A DNA stretch of 64,000 nt from Bdellovibrionales bacterium. Lineage in GTDB: Bacteria > Bdellovibrionota > Bdellovibrionia > Bdellovibrionales > JAGQZY01. Under the pieces are notes generated by a model. The model did no database searches and had not been told where the DNA came from. It saw nothing but the letters and a program-made list of their open reading frames with translations. The DNA lies in assembly GCA_031426555.1 (NCBI GenBank), contig JANPLN010000049.1, forward strand, positions 1,223-65,222. Reading direction: 5' to 3'. Below, piece by piece: positions 37,271 to 44,684 of this stretch. Within the stretch, counting starts at the first letter, position 1, and every line of letters begins with the position of its first letter. The position numbers and the translations under genes are program-made.

Positions 37271-37945
37271 ATGGAATTTAACGAGCGCTCCTACGGTGGC
37301 AAACTTTTTCGTCCACGACCCGAAGTCTATATTTCAGACGACAAAAAATTATTTATTTTAGCGACACCATGGGGCCAGCGGCGCATCGCGAAGATTTTTA
37401 TTGAACGCGTGACCAGCGAACTACAAGACTTTAGCGTGGACCCCGATCATACTGTTTTTTCTATGCCGTCAGATACTTTGAGCGAAAAAGAAAACCGCTT
37501 ACGACTTGTGCTTTTATCGTTGCACGAAGATCTTCGAGAGGAATTTAACTCCGAAGCGTTAACCTCTGGGCTCGAAATTTTATGTATTCTCAAGGATGAA
37601 AAAAAAATATCTTGGTTTAAAGTGGGCGCGCCGTTTTTAGCCGTATTGCGCGCAACGCAGATTCTCCCCCTGCATCACCCTGTAGATTTGAGTTTCGATC
37701 ACAGCACCACCGAAACGTTACCGCCTTTACCAAAACAACTTTACGGTTTATCTCAGCAATCGAGCCTCGAACATGGAAATTTGATGCGCCGGGAAGGCGA
37801 CCGTCTGCTGATGGTGGCGCGCAGTTACGTGCCATTCAGCACTCTGCTCATCAAACCCGACGAAATGAATCTCGACAACATCACCCTCAGCCTCGCCACC
37901 GACAATGAAGAACAACCCTTCTGGCTCGGTCTCCTTGAACTATAG
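37271..37945 (+). CDS. Hypothetical protein; PP2C/SpoIIE-like fold pattern with substituted catalytic residues (candidate pseudophosphatase)
   Basis: ATG lies 1 nt after the upstream stop. LFILATPWG, FKVGAPFLAVLR, GDRLLMVARSYV and a C-terminal LSLATDNEE...LGLLEL follow the order and spacing of PP2C motifs (LFAVADGMGG, VGDSR, GDRLLLCSDGL, DN-T-VV). The metal-binding Asp positions appear replaced. Comparison by eye only. Confidence 0.35.
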   Translation: MEFNERSYGGKLFRPRPEVYISDDKKLFILATPWGQRRIAKIFIERVTSELQDFSVDPDHTVFSMPSDTLSEKENRLRLVLLSLHEDLREEFNSEALTSGLEILCILKDEKKISWFKVGAPFLAVLRATQILPLHHPVDLSFDHSTTETLPPLPKQLYGLSQQSSLEHGNLMRREGDRLLMVARSYVPFSTLLIKPDEMNLDNITLSLATDNEEQPFWLGLLEL

Positions 37946-39706
37946 CATTCCAGGCGCGAAGCCCACAGACAGTGGGATTTGATAGGATTCTACTTTTTTG
38001 CGCAATGCTGTTTTTTCGGGAAGGTGCAAGTAAAGCTCCGCCAGCGATGGTCGAAGATACGACAACGAATCCACATCCCAATTCAACTCAAGGTAAATAT
38101 TTGCGTACACCATCTGTTTGGCCTTCATATAGGAACGGTACTGACGAATAAAATTCTTTTCCCACTGCGAAGAGCTGGCCTCGCTGCGGTGGCGCTCCCA
38201 ATCTAACAATGCGAGAAAAAGTGTGTCGCGACAGCGACGAAATAAACTCTCTCTGGGTTTCTCCACAAAAAACCGCTCGCAAGCTCCTGTCAAAGTGACA
38301 GCGGTGGCGCTTTCCAAATGTCTCGCGGCCAAGTACCGATGCAGAGGATAAGTGCTTTCTTTGAGGCGCTCCCAATCTTCGGTGCGCAGCGCTTCGTTGG
38401 CAGCCATTTCATCGGCGTAGTGGCTTTTGTTAATTTTAGCCACGTCGTAGGCCCAATGCACACTTCCCGACATCTTGGCGTTGCGGAAATCTTTCATAAA
38501 GTCATAGGCTTCGGAAGGATAGGATTGCAAATCGTAGCTTTGATCCAATTTATTTTTTAGCCACCGAATTTTTTCGTGATCGAGCTGAGATTCAAAAAGC
38601 ACTGTGCCTTCGTTCTTATCCACCAGCGTGTGATAAATCTGCCAGCGCTTTTGCGGCACCACCAAATAGTCGGCCGTACGCAAACTTACAAGCGGCGACT
38701 TTGCCATCCACCAGCGCGCCCAATCTGAGCGTATTTCAAGAAACGTCGGCGGCGACTCTTTCCACTCATCCATTTTTTGCATGACAAAATCCACCATGGA
38801 GGTGGACTGCTCCAAACTGTCGCGCAGAAGCTGTCCAATATTTTTCATGGATAGCAAAAAATCCACCGACTTGGCTTCTTTCATCTGCGGCGTTTTAATA
38901 AACAGCGGCACGTGAACATTTTCGCGAAACACGTTTTCGCGCCATAAAAACGACCTGCGGTTCATGGGAGCCTCGCCATTGAGGCCCACTAAGATCACAA
39001 ACGATCTATCCCATAGTCGCTGTTTTTTTAGTTGGCGAAAAAACTCACCCAGTGATTCTGCAATCTCTTGTCTTTGGGCGGTGACACTTTTTTCGCGTTC
39101 TTTTTTTTCGTCGGTGAAGGTTTGTACAAACGGAAACTGCATATCGGCTAGAAAGACCGTGGTTAAGGTGGGCTGGGGCCCCTGCTCGATCCATTTTAAT
39201 GTGCGTGTTAACAACTGGCTGGCTGGCGTGTAGGTGTCGGAACTCTGATCGAAATCGTCATCAAAAATCTCGTACCCTTGTTGAAAACCCGATTTGGCTA
39301 AGAATGGGGGGCCGCCACTAAAAAATGCCGTGCGGTACCCGGCCAGCAGAGCCTTCTCCGCCAGCGTCACTACGGGTGGGGCAATTCCGTCGTTTCCATT
39401 GTGAAAAACTTTGTGCTCTGCCGCATCTAAACCGGTCAGCAGACTGGCCAAACTGGCTTGGCTCATGGTCGATGGGGTGTAAAAGTGCGTAAAGCGCAGT
39501 GCCGAATCGCAGAGCTCCTGAAAACCGTCGGGCTCCCCTGTCTCGTCGAAACACGACGTGTTTTCAAAACTGAGAGACTCAACGGCAATAATAAAAATCG
39601 GCGGTTTGCCCTGCGAGCGCGAGCCCCATGGGGAACACCCAGAGAGCATTAGAACCAAGATCGAAATCAATCCCACTTTTTTTTGCGCAAAGCACATATG
39701 CATCAT
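37940..39706 (-). CDS. Lipoprotein with an N-terminal sulfatase/alkaline-phosphatase-superfamily domain
   Basis: Lipobox LMLSGC. PPIFIIAVESLSF...FYTPSTMSQASLASLLTGL parallels the sulfatase N-terminal block, with Thr/Ser in place of the Cys of CxPxR. The C-terminal ~300 aa are unassigned. Confidence 0.6.
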   Translation of the reverse strand: MMHMCFAQKKVGLISILVLMLSGCSPWGSRSQGKPPIFIIAVESLSFENTSCFDETGEPDGFQELCDSALRFTHFYTPSTMSQASLASLLTGLDAAEHKVFHNGNDGIAPPVVTLAEKALLAGYRTAFFSGGPPFLAKSGFQQGYEIFDDDFDQSSDTYTPASQLLTRTLKWIEQGPQPTLTTVFLADMQFPFVQTFTDEKKEREKSVTAQRQEIAESLGEFFRQLKKQRLWDRSFVILVGLNGEAPMNRRSFLWRENVFRENVHVPLFIKTPQMKEAKSVDFLLSMKNIGQLLRDSLEQSTSMVDFVMQKMDEWKESPPTFLEIRSDWARWWMAKSPLVSLRTADYLVVPQKRWQIYHTLVDKNEGTVLFESQLDHEKIRWLKNKLDQSYDLQSYPSEAYDFMKDFRNAKMSGSVHWAYDVAKINKSHYADEMAANEALRTEDWERLKESTYPLHRYLAARHLESATAVTLTGACERFFVEKPRESLFRRCRDTLFLALLDWERHRSEASSSQWEKNFIRQYRSYMKAKQMVYANIYLELNWDVDSLSYLRPSLAELYLHLPEKTALRKKVESYQIPLSVGFAPGML

Positions 39707-39776
39707 ATTGTTTTAATTTGATTTATCCCTCCCCTGTTTTATATCATTACACAACTCACGAAAGGAGTAGTGCGTC

Positions 39777-40406
39777 GTGAATATTCAAGGATTGTTTACA
39801 TTAGCCCAAAGTTTCGCAGATATAATTTTATGGATTCTGGTCATTGCGAGTGTTTTAAGCATCGCCATGATTTTAGAGAGATTCTTTGTTCTGAGCAAAG
39901 TGTCGAAACAAAATAAAGTGTTTCGTGCCCAAGCCAACGAACTGATTCGCTCTGAGGATCTATCCAAACTTGAGTCATTGGCTCAGAACGACGGATCTCT
40001 TCCGCAAAGAGCTCTGAGTTATGGACTACGCCACGCCAAAACAAATGGCGAAAAAGGTCTCGAAGAAATTTTCACCTCTTACACGATTATCGAAAAACCG
40101 CGCCTTGAAAAGTTTTTGAACTTTTTGGCAACGGTGGGTTCAAACGCTCCGTTCATCGGTCTTCTTGGAACCGTGATGGGGATCATGAAAGCATTCAATG
40201 ATTTGGCACAGAACTCTGCAGCCGGAAACGAAGTCGTCATGATGGGTATTGCCCACGCACTCGTTGCTACAGCGATCGGTCTTTTTGTGGCGATCCCAGC
40301 GGTTGTTGCTTACAACTATTATCAAAAGATGGTGCGCGACACTGTTGGAACAATCGAAGTAGCGAAAGAGCTTTGTCTTTCTTACGCTAAAAGCAAGAAG
40401 GGTTAA
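39777..40406 (+). CDS. exbB: MotA/TolQ/ExbB proton-channel protein
   Basis: NAPFIGLLGTVMGIMKAF and a three-TM topology. GTG start with AAAGGAG 9 nt upstream. Confidence 0.85.
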   Translation: MNIQGLFTLAQSFADIILWILVIASVLSIAMILERFFVLSKVSKQNKVFRAQANELIRSEDLSKLESLAQNDGSLPQRALSYGLRHAKTNGEKGLEEIFTSYTIIEKPRLEKFLNFLATVGSNAPFIGLLGTVMGIMKAFNDLAQNSAAGNEVVMMGIAHALVATAIGLFVAIPAVVAYNYYQKMVRDTVGTIEVAKELCLSYAKSKKG

Positions 40407-40409
40407 TAT

Positions 40410-40820
40410 ATGGGAGCATCACTCGGGGGAAACTCAGACGAGGCCATTGCGGAAATTAACATTGTTCCGTTTGTGGATATTATTCTTGTGGTGCTGATCA
40501 TCTTTATGGTGACAGCTCCTCTCGTGCTAAAACCAGCCATTGATGTGAGCTTGCCGCAAGCGTCGTCTGGTGAAGCCAAAGAGACCGAAAAAAATCTCGA
40601 TGTTATCATTGCAGCCACTGGCGAGCTCTACGTCAACGGAAAGCCCGCAACGCTGGAAGAACTTAAAGACCAAGCGAGTTCTGTTGCAAAAGTAGCCGTA
40701 GATTCTGGCGCGATTTTGAACGCCGACAAAGCTGTGACGCTAGAAAAACTCACAGAAGTGATCGACGCCATCAAACTCGCCGGTATCAAAAAAGTCGCCT
40801 TCAGCATCAAGAAAAAATAA
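40410..40820 (+). CDS. exbD: ExbD/TolR biopolymer transport protein
   Basis: INIVPFVDIILVVLIIFMV N-terminal TM signature and a periplasmic ExbD fold length of 136 aa. Confidence 0.85.
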   Translation: MGASLGGNSDEAIAEINIVPFVDIILVVLIIFMVTAPLVLKPAIDVSLPQASSGEAKETEKNLDVIIAATGELYVNGKPATLEELKDQASSVAKVAVDSGAILNADKAVTLEKLTEVIDAIKLAGIKKVAFSIKKK

Positions 40821-40866
40821 AAAGGTACGCCGTACCCTTTTAAAAAGGTACGCCGTACCCTTTTGT
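40821..40866. repeat. REP-like repeat cluster B, left half (2 direct copies of GGTACGCCGTACC)
   Basis: Cores at 40824-40836 and 40847-40859, followed by a GTTGAGACTTGCGTTAAAT tail like that in cluster A. Confidence 0.8.
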
Positions 40867-40892
40867 TGAGACTTGCGTTAAATTCTAAGCAT

Positions 40893-40927
40893 AAAAAAAG
40901 GGAAGCCATCAGCTTCCCTTTTTATTT
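40893..40927. terminator. Bidirectional rho-independent terminator
   Basis: AAAAAAA-GGGAAGC-CATCA-GCTTCCC-TTTTTATTTTT. A GC-rich 7-bp stem is flanked by an A-run and a T-run. Confidence 0.75.
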
Positions 40928-40940
40928 TTATAACGCGGAT

Positions 40941-40990
40941 CTCAACCAAAAGGTACGGCGTACCGCAAGCGGAACGGCGTACCTTTTTGC
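40941..40990. repeat. REP-like repeat cluster B, right half (2 copies in inverted orientation)
   Basis: ATCTCAACCAAAAGGTACGGCGTACC......GGAACGGCGTACCTTTTTG is the near-exact reverse complement of 29101-29150 in cluster A, apart from the 6-nt spacer between the two cores (GCAAGC here, TTAAAC in the reverse complement of cluster A) and one extra T at its 3' end. Cores lie at 40952-40964 and 40971-40983. Confidence 0.8.
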
Positions 40991-41141
40991 CTAGGTCCAT
41001 GGAAAAAACTGACATGGTAGTGAACTCCTTGTAGGCGAATTTTTACAAAAATTAGCTAACCACCGGCAGATATTGAGTTTTAGCCCATATCCTTCGATGG
41101 TCTTCGTGGGGTTAGCAATAGGGTTTTTCATAAGGGGATTT

Positions 41142-42299
41142 ATGACTTTCGTTCTATCGTTCTTAATGGCAGCACTGGCCAGTGCTGCCTGCAATGATTT
41201 GTCGTCAAACATCCACGAGTCCGTGGCACAAAATACCTTTAAGCTGGTTCCGCGAAACTTTTACGCGGCCACTCTTTCCGAAGAGACTGCACGATCTCTG
41301 CATCAAAAAAGTTGCTTATCTGGTGGTTTATCCATCAGCGATCAAATGAATTGCGATCTTTTAAAAACCTGTACTGGCGACACCTGCAAAATTGAGTACG
41401 GACCCTATGGCAGCGCCTTTTTGTCCAAAAAAACTGGCTTACTGATGTCAGCCTGGCACGTGGTGTTTCCAACCCATGCCGCGGGTTTGATTTTTCTGCA
41501 AGGCCGTCTTTCTCTATTTCCCTACGAAGAGATGCAATCCATCCTAACCGTTTTGCAACCCGATTTTATTTTGTTAGACCAAAACGATAAAATTGTTTTT
41601 GATACAAAAAACAATCCCTCTCATTATGCGTTTTGGGGAAACCCCCTTTCGACTGTTTATCAAACCGAAGGTCACAAGCAGCACCAACCCTATGGTTATT
41701 TTGAAAACGCGCCCGACGACTATGTGGCCATCGACATCGGTTCTGTAAAACTCGGCACGGGCCTTCCGTTGACCTCGCTTACAAAAAAAGAAGATCTCGC
41801 AGCTCAGTGTTTATACTCAGGTGGGTACCAGTATCACGATGGCAAATTTCGTATTTCGTCTGGAAAAAAAGAAGCCGTTAAGACCATGCAAAGTTTGATC
41901 TCCTATGCAGTACCATTCCAGTTGAATCCATTTCCCTTAGAACTTTCGCAAATTCTAGAACTCGATAACGAGCAGACTCTTAAGTTGATGGGCTACAGCG
42001 ATGAAAATATCCAAAAAACTCTCGCACAGTATGATGAAGCAACTGTTCGTCACTCAATTGAAATTGTTCTTGCCACGCAACCTCGACACCTGAGGGATCA
42101 AGCGCTCGAAAGTCATCCTGCGGTATTATTTTATGATGCAAAGGTCTTACCCGGTCAAAGTGGTGGGCCCATCGTCGATGAAAGTGGCACCGTTGTCGGC
42201 ATCACAACGAATAGTTTTTTAGACAAGTCCATCGCGATCGATGGGCACTTTACCTCTAACGGTGCTGCTGGGTTTTTTATAGGCTCGCTAACACTTTGA
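41142..42299 (+). CDS. Secreted trypsin-like (S1) serine protease
   Basis: SAWHVVFP (His), DDYVAIDIG (Asp) and GQSGGPIVDESGTVVGITTNS (Ser). The start is uncertain: the track starts at TTG 41073, and I prefer MTFVLSFLMAALASAAC (41142) as the signal peptide. Confidence 0.65.
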   Translation: MTFVLSFLMAALASAACNDLSSNIHESVAQNTFKLVPRNFYAATLSEETARSLHQKSCLSGGLSISDQMNCDLLKTCTGDTCKIEYGPYGSAFLSKKTGLLMSAWHVVFPTHAAGLIFLQGRLSLFPYEEMQSILTVLQPDFILLDQNDKIVFDTKNNPSHYAFWGNPLSTVYQTEGHKQHQPYGYFENAPDDYVAIDIGSVKLGTGLPLTSLTKKEDLAAQCLYSGGYQYHDGKFRISSGKKEAVKTMQSLISYAVPFQLNPFPLELSQILELDNEQTLKLMGYSDENIQKTLAQYDEATVRHSIEIVLATQPRHLRDQALESHPAVLFYDAKVLPGQSGGPIVDESGTVVGITTNSFLDKSIAIDGHFTSNGAAGFFIGSLTL

Positions 42300-42327
42300 T
42301 GATTGCCTCTTGATTGTCGCCTTTTCG

Positions 42328-43014
42328 TTATTGGCTGACGAGCACTTCCAGCAAGTGCTCTTGCCATTTTTGTTGGATTTCTTCGCGTTTTAAATGTTTC
42401 CCCGTCAATTTTTGCAAGCTGACCACTTGCGAAGTTTGAAACCCACAGGGATAAAAACCCTGAAAGGCTTGTGCGTCTTCGAACACATTCAGCGCAATTC
42501 CGTGGGAGGTGATCCATTTTTTAACTGCAATGCCGATGGCAGCGATTTTCTGCGATCCCACCCACACCCCTGTGGCTTCGTCGGGGATCTCTTCACCCAC
42601 CTGGGTTTGAATCGAGCGACCATCGGAGGTAATCCCTAAATCTTTTAACAGCAATTGCACTGACTGTTCTAGCGCCCGCATGTACTGGTGAAGATCGCGC
42701 GGAGGAATTTTTTTATTCGCATAAGAATCATCGCTCCCGCCTAAGGAAATCAACGGATACGCAATGATTTGGCTGGGGCCATGATAGGTGGCGCGCCCTC
42801 CGCGATTAACCTCTAGGGTGTCACCTGTCCAGGCAAAGACGTCGCCAGATTTTGTCCCGCGGCCCAGAGTAACTATGGGCGGGTGCGTACAGAAGATGAT
42901 TTTTTCGGGTGTTTTTTTTTCGATAATTAACTGAACAAGTTCTTCTTGCCGACGAAAGGCCTCGCGATACTCCACAAGGCCCCAGTCGACGAATTCAAGC
43001 TGCTTCCCACTCAT
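42328..43014 (-). CDS. lipB: Octanoyltransferase (lipoyl(octanoyl) transferase)
   Basis: RGGRATYHGPSQIIAYP and KIAAIGIAV (catalytic Lys region). I prefer the ATG at 43014 to the GTG at 43035. Confidence 0.85.
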   Translation of the reverse strand: MSGKQLEFVDWGLVEYREAFRRQEELVQLIIEKKTPEKIIFCTHPPIVTLGRGTKSGDVFAWTGDTLEVNRGGRATYHGPSQIIAYPLISLGGSDDSYANKKIPPRDLHQYMRALEQSVQLLLKDLGITSDGRSIQTQVGEEIPDEATGVWVGSQKIAAIGIAVKKWITSHGIALNVFEDAQAFQGFYPCGFQTSQVVSLQKLTGKHLKREEIQQKWQEHLLEVLVSQ

Positions 43015-43038
43015 TGGGTCACACGCATCTAACACACA

Positions 43039-44490
43039 CTAATGCTTCACCATTTCCGTGGCTTTAGAGGCCGACGTGAGCGGCTTTTGAATAATGTGAA
43101 TGGCGTGGCCAAGAGTGGCCTCCGCGGCCTCCATCATGGTCTCACCGAGTGTAGGATGCGGATGAATCGACAGCGCAATATCCTGAAGACGCGCACCCAT
43201 CTCGATGGCCAGCACAGCCTCGCTGATCAAATTGCTCGCTTCGGGACCAACGATATGAACACCGAGCACAATATCGGTTTTCGCATCGGCAATCATTTTT
43301 ACAAAGCCGTCAGTTTCCATCAGAGATACCGCACGCCCGTTGGCGCCAAACGGAAATTTGCCAATCTTCAGTTGAGTGTATCCATTGGCTTTGCATTCTT
43401 CTTCTGTCCAACCCGCAGAGGCGATCTCAGGATTGGTAAAGATCACCGCCGGAACTGTTTTTGCATCGTAGGCGCGGTTCACACCCGAGATAATCTCGGC
43501 CACCATCACGCCTTCGTGACTCGCCTTGTGCGCCAACATTGGTTGACCGCAAATGTCGCCAATGGCAAAAATATTTGCAAGATTAGTTTTACGTTGAGCG
43601 TTCACCTTAATGAAACCTTTTTCGTCGATCTGCAAACCAATGCCTTTGAGATTCATTTGATCAGAATTCGGTTTACGTCCCACGGTCACAAGAATTTTAT
43701 CCACCGTGAAGGATTGCTCTTTTCCATCATTCTTAACTTTAAGATCAAACTGCTTTCCTTTTTTCGTAAAGCCTTGAGCCATGCTTTTAAGATAAACATT
43801 CACACCATCTTTTTTAAGCTTACGCGCCACAACCTGAACAACTTCAGGATCGGCAACGCCCTTGAGAAGCCCGTCGTTGGCTTCGAACACATGCACCTCA
43901 ACACCCAGTTGATTGAGGTAGCCTCCAATTTCGAGTCCAATATACCCACCGCCAATCACAGCCAATGATTTAGGAAGCGATTCCATAGCCAGGGCACCCG
44001 TCGACGACATGATATCTTTTTCGTCAAACGCAAAACCCGGAATCTCAATGGGGCGAGAGCCCGTTGCAATAATATAATTTTTCGCAGTTATTTTCTCAGT
44101 CTTGTCGCCCGTTTTGATTTGAATGGTCTTTGCATCCAAAAACGTCGCATCGCCAGAAACGATCTGTACACTGTTGCCCTTAAGTAACTGCTGCACTCCA
44201 CCCGACATCTTATCGCAAACAGATTGCTTCCACGACTGAAGCTTCTTCGCATCCAACTTCACATCACCTTTAATTTCAAAACCCATAGTTGGAGCATCAT
44301 GCTGCATGCGATGAAGAAAGTGCGCCGCGGAAATCATAGCCTTCGAAGGAATGCACCCAACGTTCAAACAAACACCACCGAGCTTCTCCCGCTCAATAAT
44401 GACAGTCTTCAAACCAAGCTGCGCAGAACGAATCGCTGCCACATAACCACCAGGTCCCGAACCAATTACACATACATCAAATTGCGACAT
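43039..44490 (-). CDS. lpdA: Dihydrolipoyl dehydrogenase (E3)
   Basis: VCVIGSGPGGYVAA FAD loop, the redox disulfide GGVCLNVGCIPSK, and a C-terminal HPHPTLGE. Start at MSQFDV (44490) with a GGGAGAG RBS. Confidence 0.93.
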   Translation of the reverse strand: MSQFDVCVIGSGPGGYVAAIRSAQLGLKTVIIEREKLGGVCLNVGCIPSKAMISAAHFLHRMQHDAPTMGFEIKGDVKLDAKKLQSWKQSVCDKMSGGVQQLLKGNSVQIVSGDATFLDAKTIQIKTGDKTEKITAKNYIIATGSRPIEIPGFAFDEKDIMSSTGALAMESLPKSLAVIGGGYIGLEIGGYLNQLGVEVHVFEANDGLLKGVADPEVVQVVARKLKKDGVNVYLKSMAQGFTKKGKQFDLKVKNDGKEQSFTVDKILVTVGRKPNSDQMNLKGIGLQIDEKGFIKVNAQRKTNLANIFAIGDICGQPMLAHKASHEGVMVAEIISGVNRAYDAKTVPAVIFTNPEIASAGWTEEECKANGYTQLKIGKFPFGANGRAVSLMETDGFVKMIADAKTDIVLGVHIVGPEASNLISEAVLAIEMGARLQDIALSIHPHPTLGETMMEAAEATLGHAIHIIQKPLTSASKATEMVKH

Positions 44491-44541
44491 AAAACTCTCC
44501 CTACCCAAAAGAATTTGGGACTTGTTACTACAAAGATTCAC

Positions 44542-44677
44542 TTTCTTAGTTTCGTCCTTTTCTTGGGACCTTCCTTTTTTAGACCTCTCGCAAACAGGAT
44601 GTTTCCATTTGCGAGTTGAGCCCAGGATGGGCGCGTCTAAAACAGGAAGGTCCCAAGAAAAGGACGAAACTAAGAAA
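44542..44677. repeat. Perfect 33-bp inverted repeat enclosing a 70-nt spacer with its own 8-bp hairpin
   Basis: TTTCTTAGTTTCGTCCTTTTCTTGGGACCTTCC (44542-44574) is the exact reverse complement of 44645-44677. Inner stem is CTCGCAAA (44587-94) / TTTGCGAG (44608-15). The element lies between the E2 stop and the E3 start. Confidence 0.85.
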
Positions 44678-44684
44678 CGTTAAC

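Noticed and set aside
39777-40820. The exbB/exbD pair as a Zorya-like (ZorAB) defence module
   Set aside because: Both proteins have ordinary ExbB/ExbD sizes (209 and 136 aa). They lack the long ZorA tail, and no ZorC/D/E-like genes are present.
29058-40990. The GGTACGCCGTACC repeat clusters as possible CRISPR arrays
   Set aside because: The repeats are only 13-21 bp and are themselves palindromes. Spacers are 6-31 nt, irregular and partly conserved. Copies occur in both orientations, and no cas genes are present. A REP/BIME-like interpretation fits better.
43042-43968. A 308-aa plus-strand ORF antisense to lpdA
   Set aside because: The minus-strand frame encodes a textbook dihydrolipoyl dehydrogenase. 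The antisense product is Arg/His/Asn-rich low-complexity sequence with no recognisable domain.
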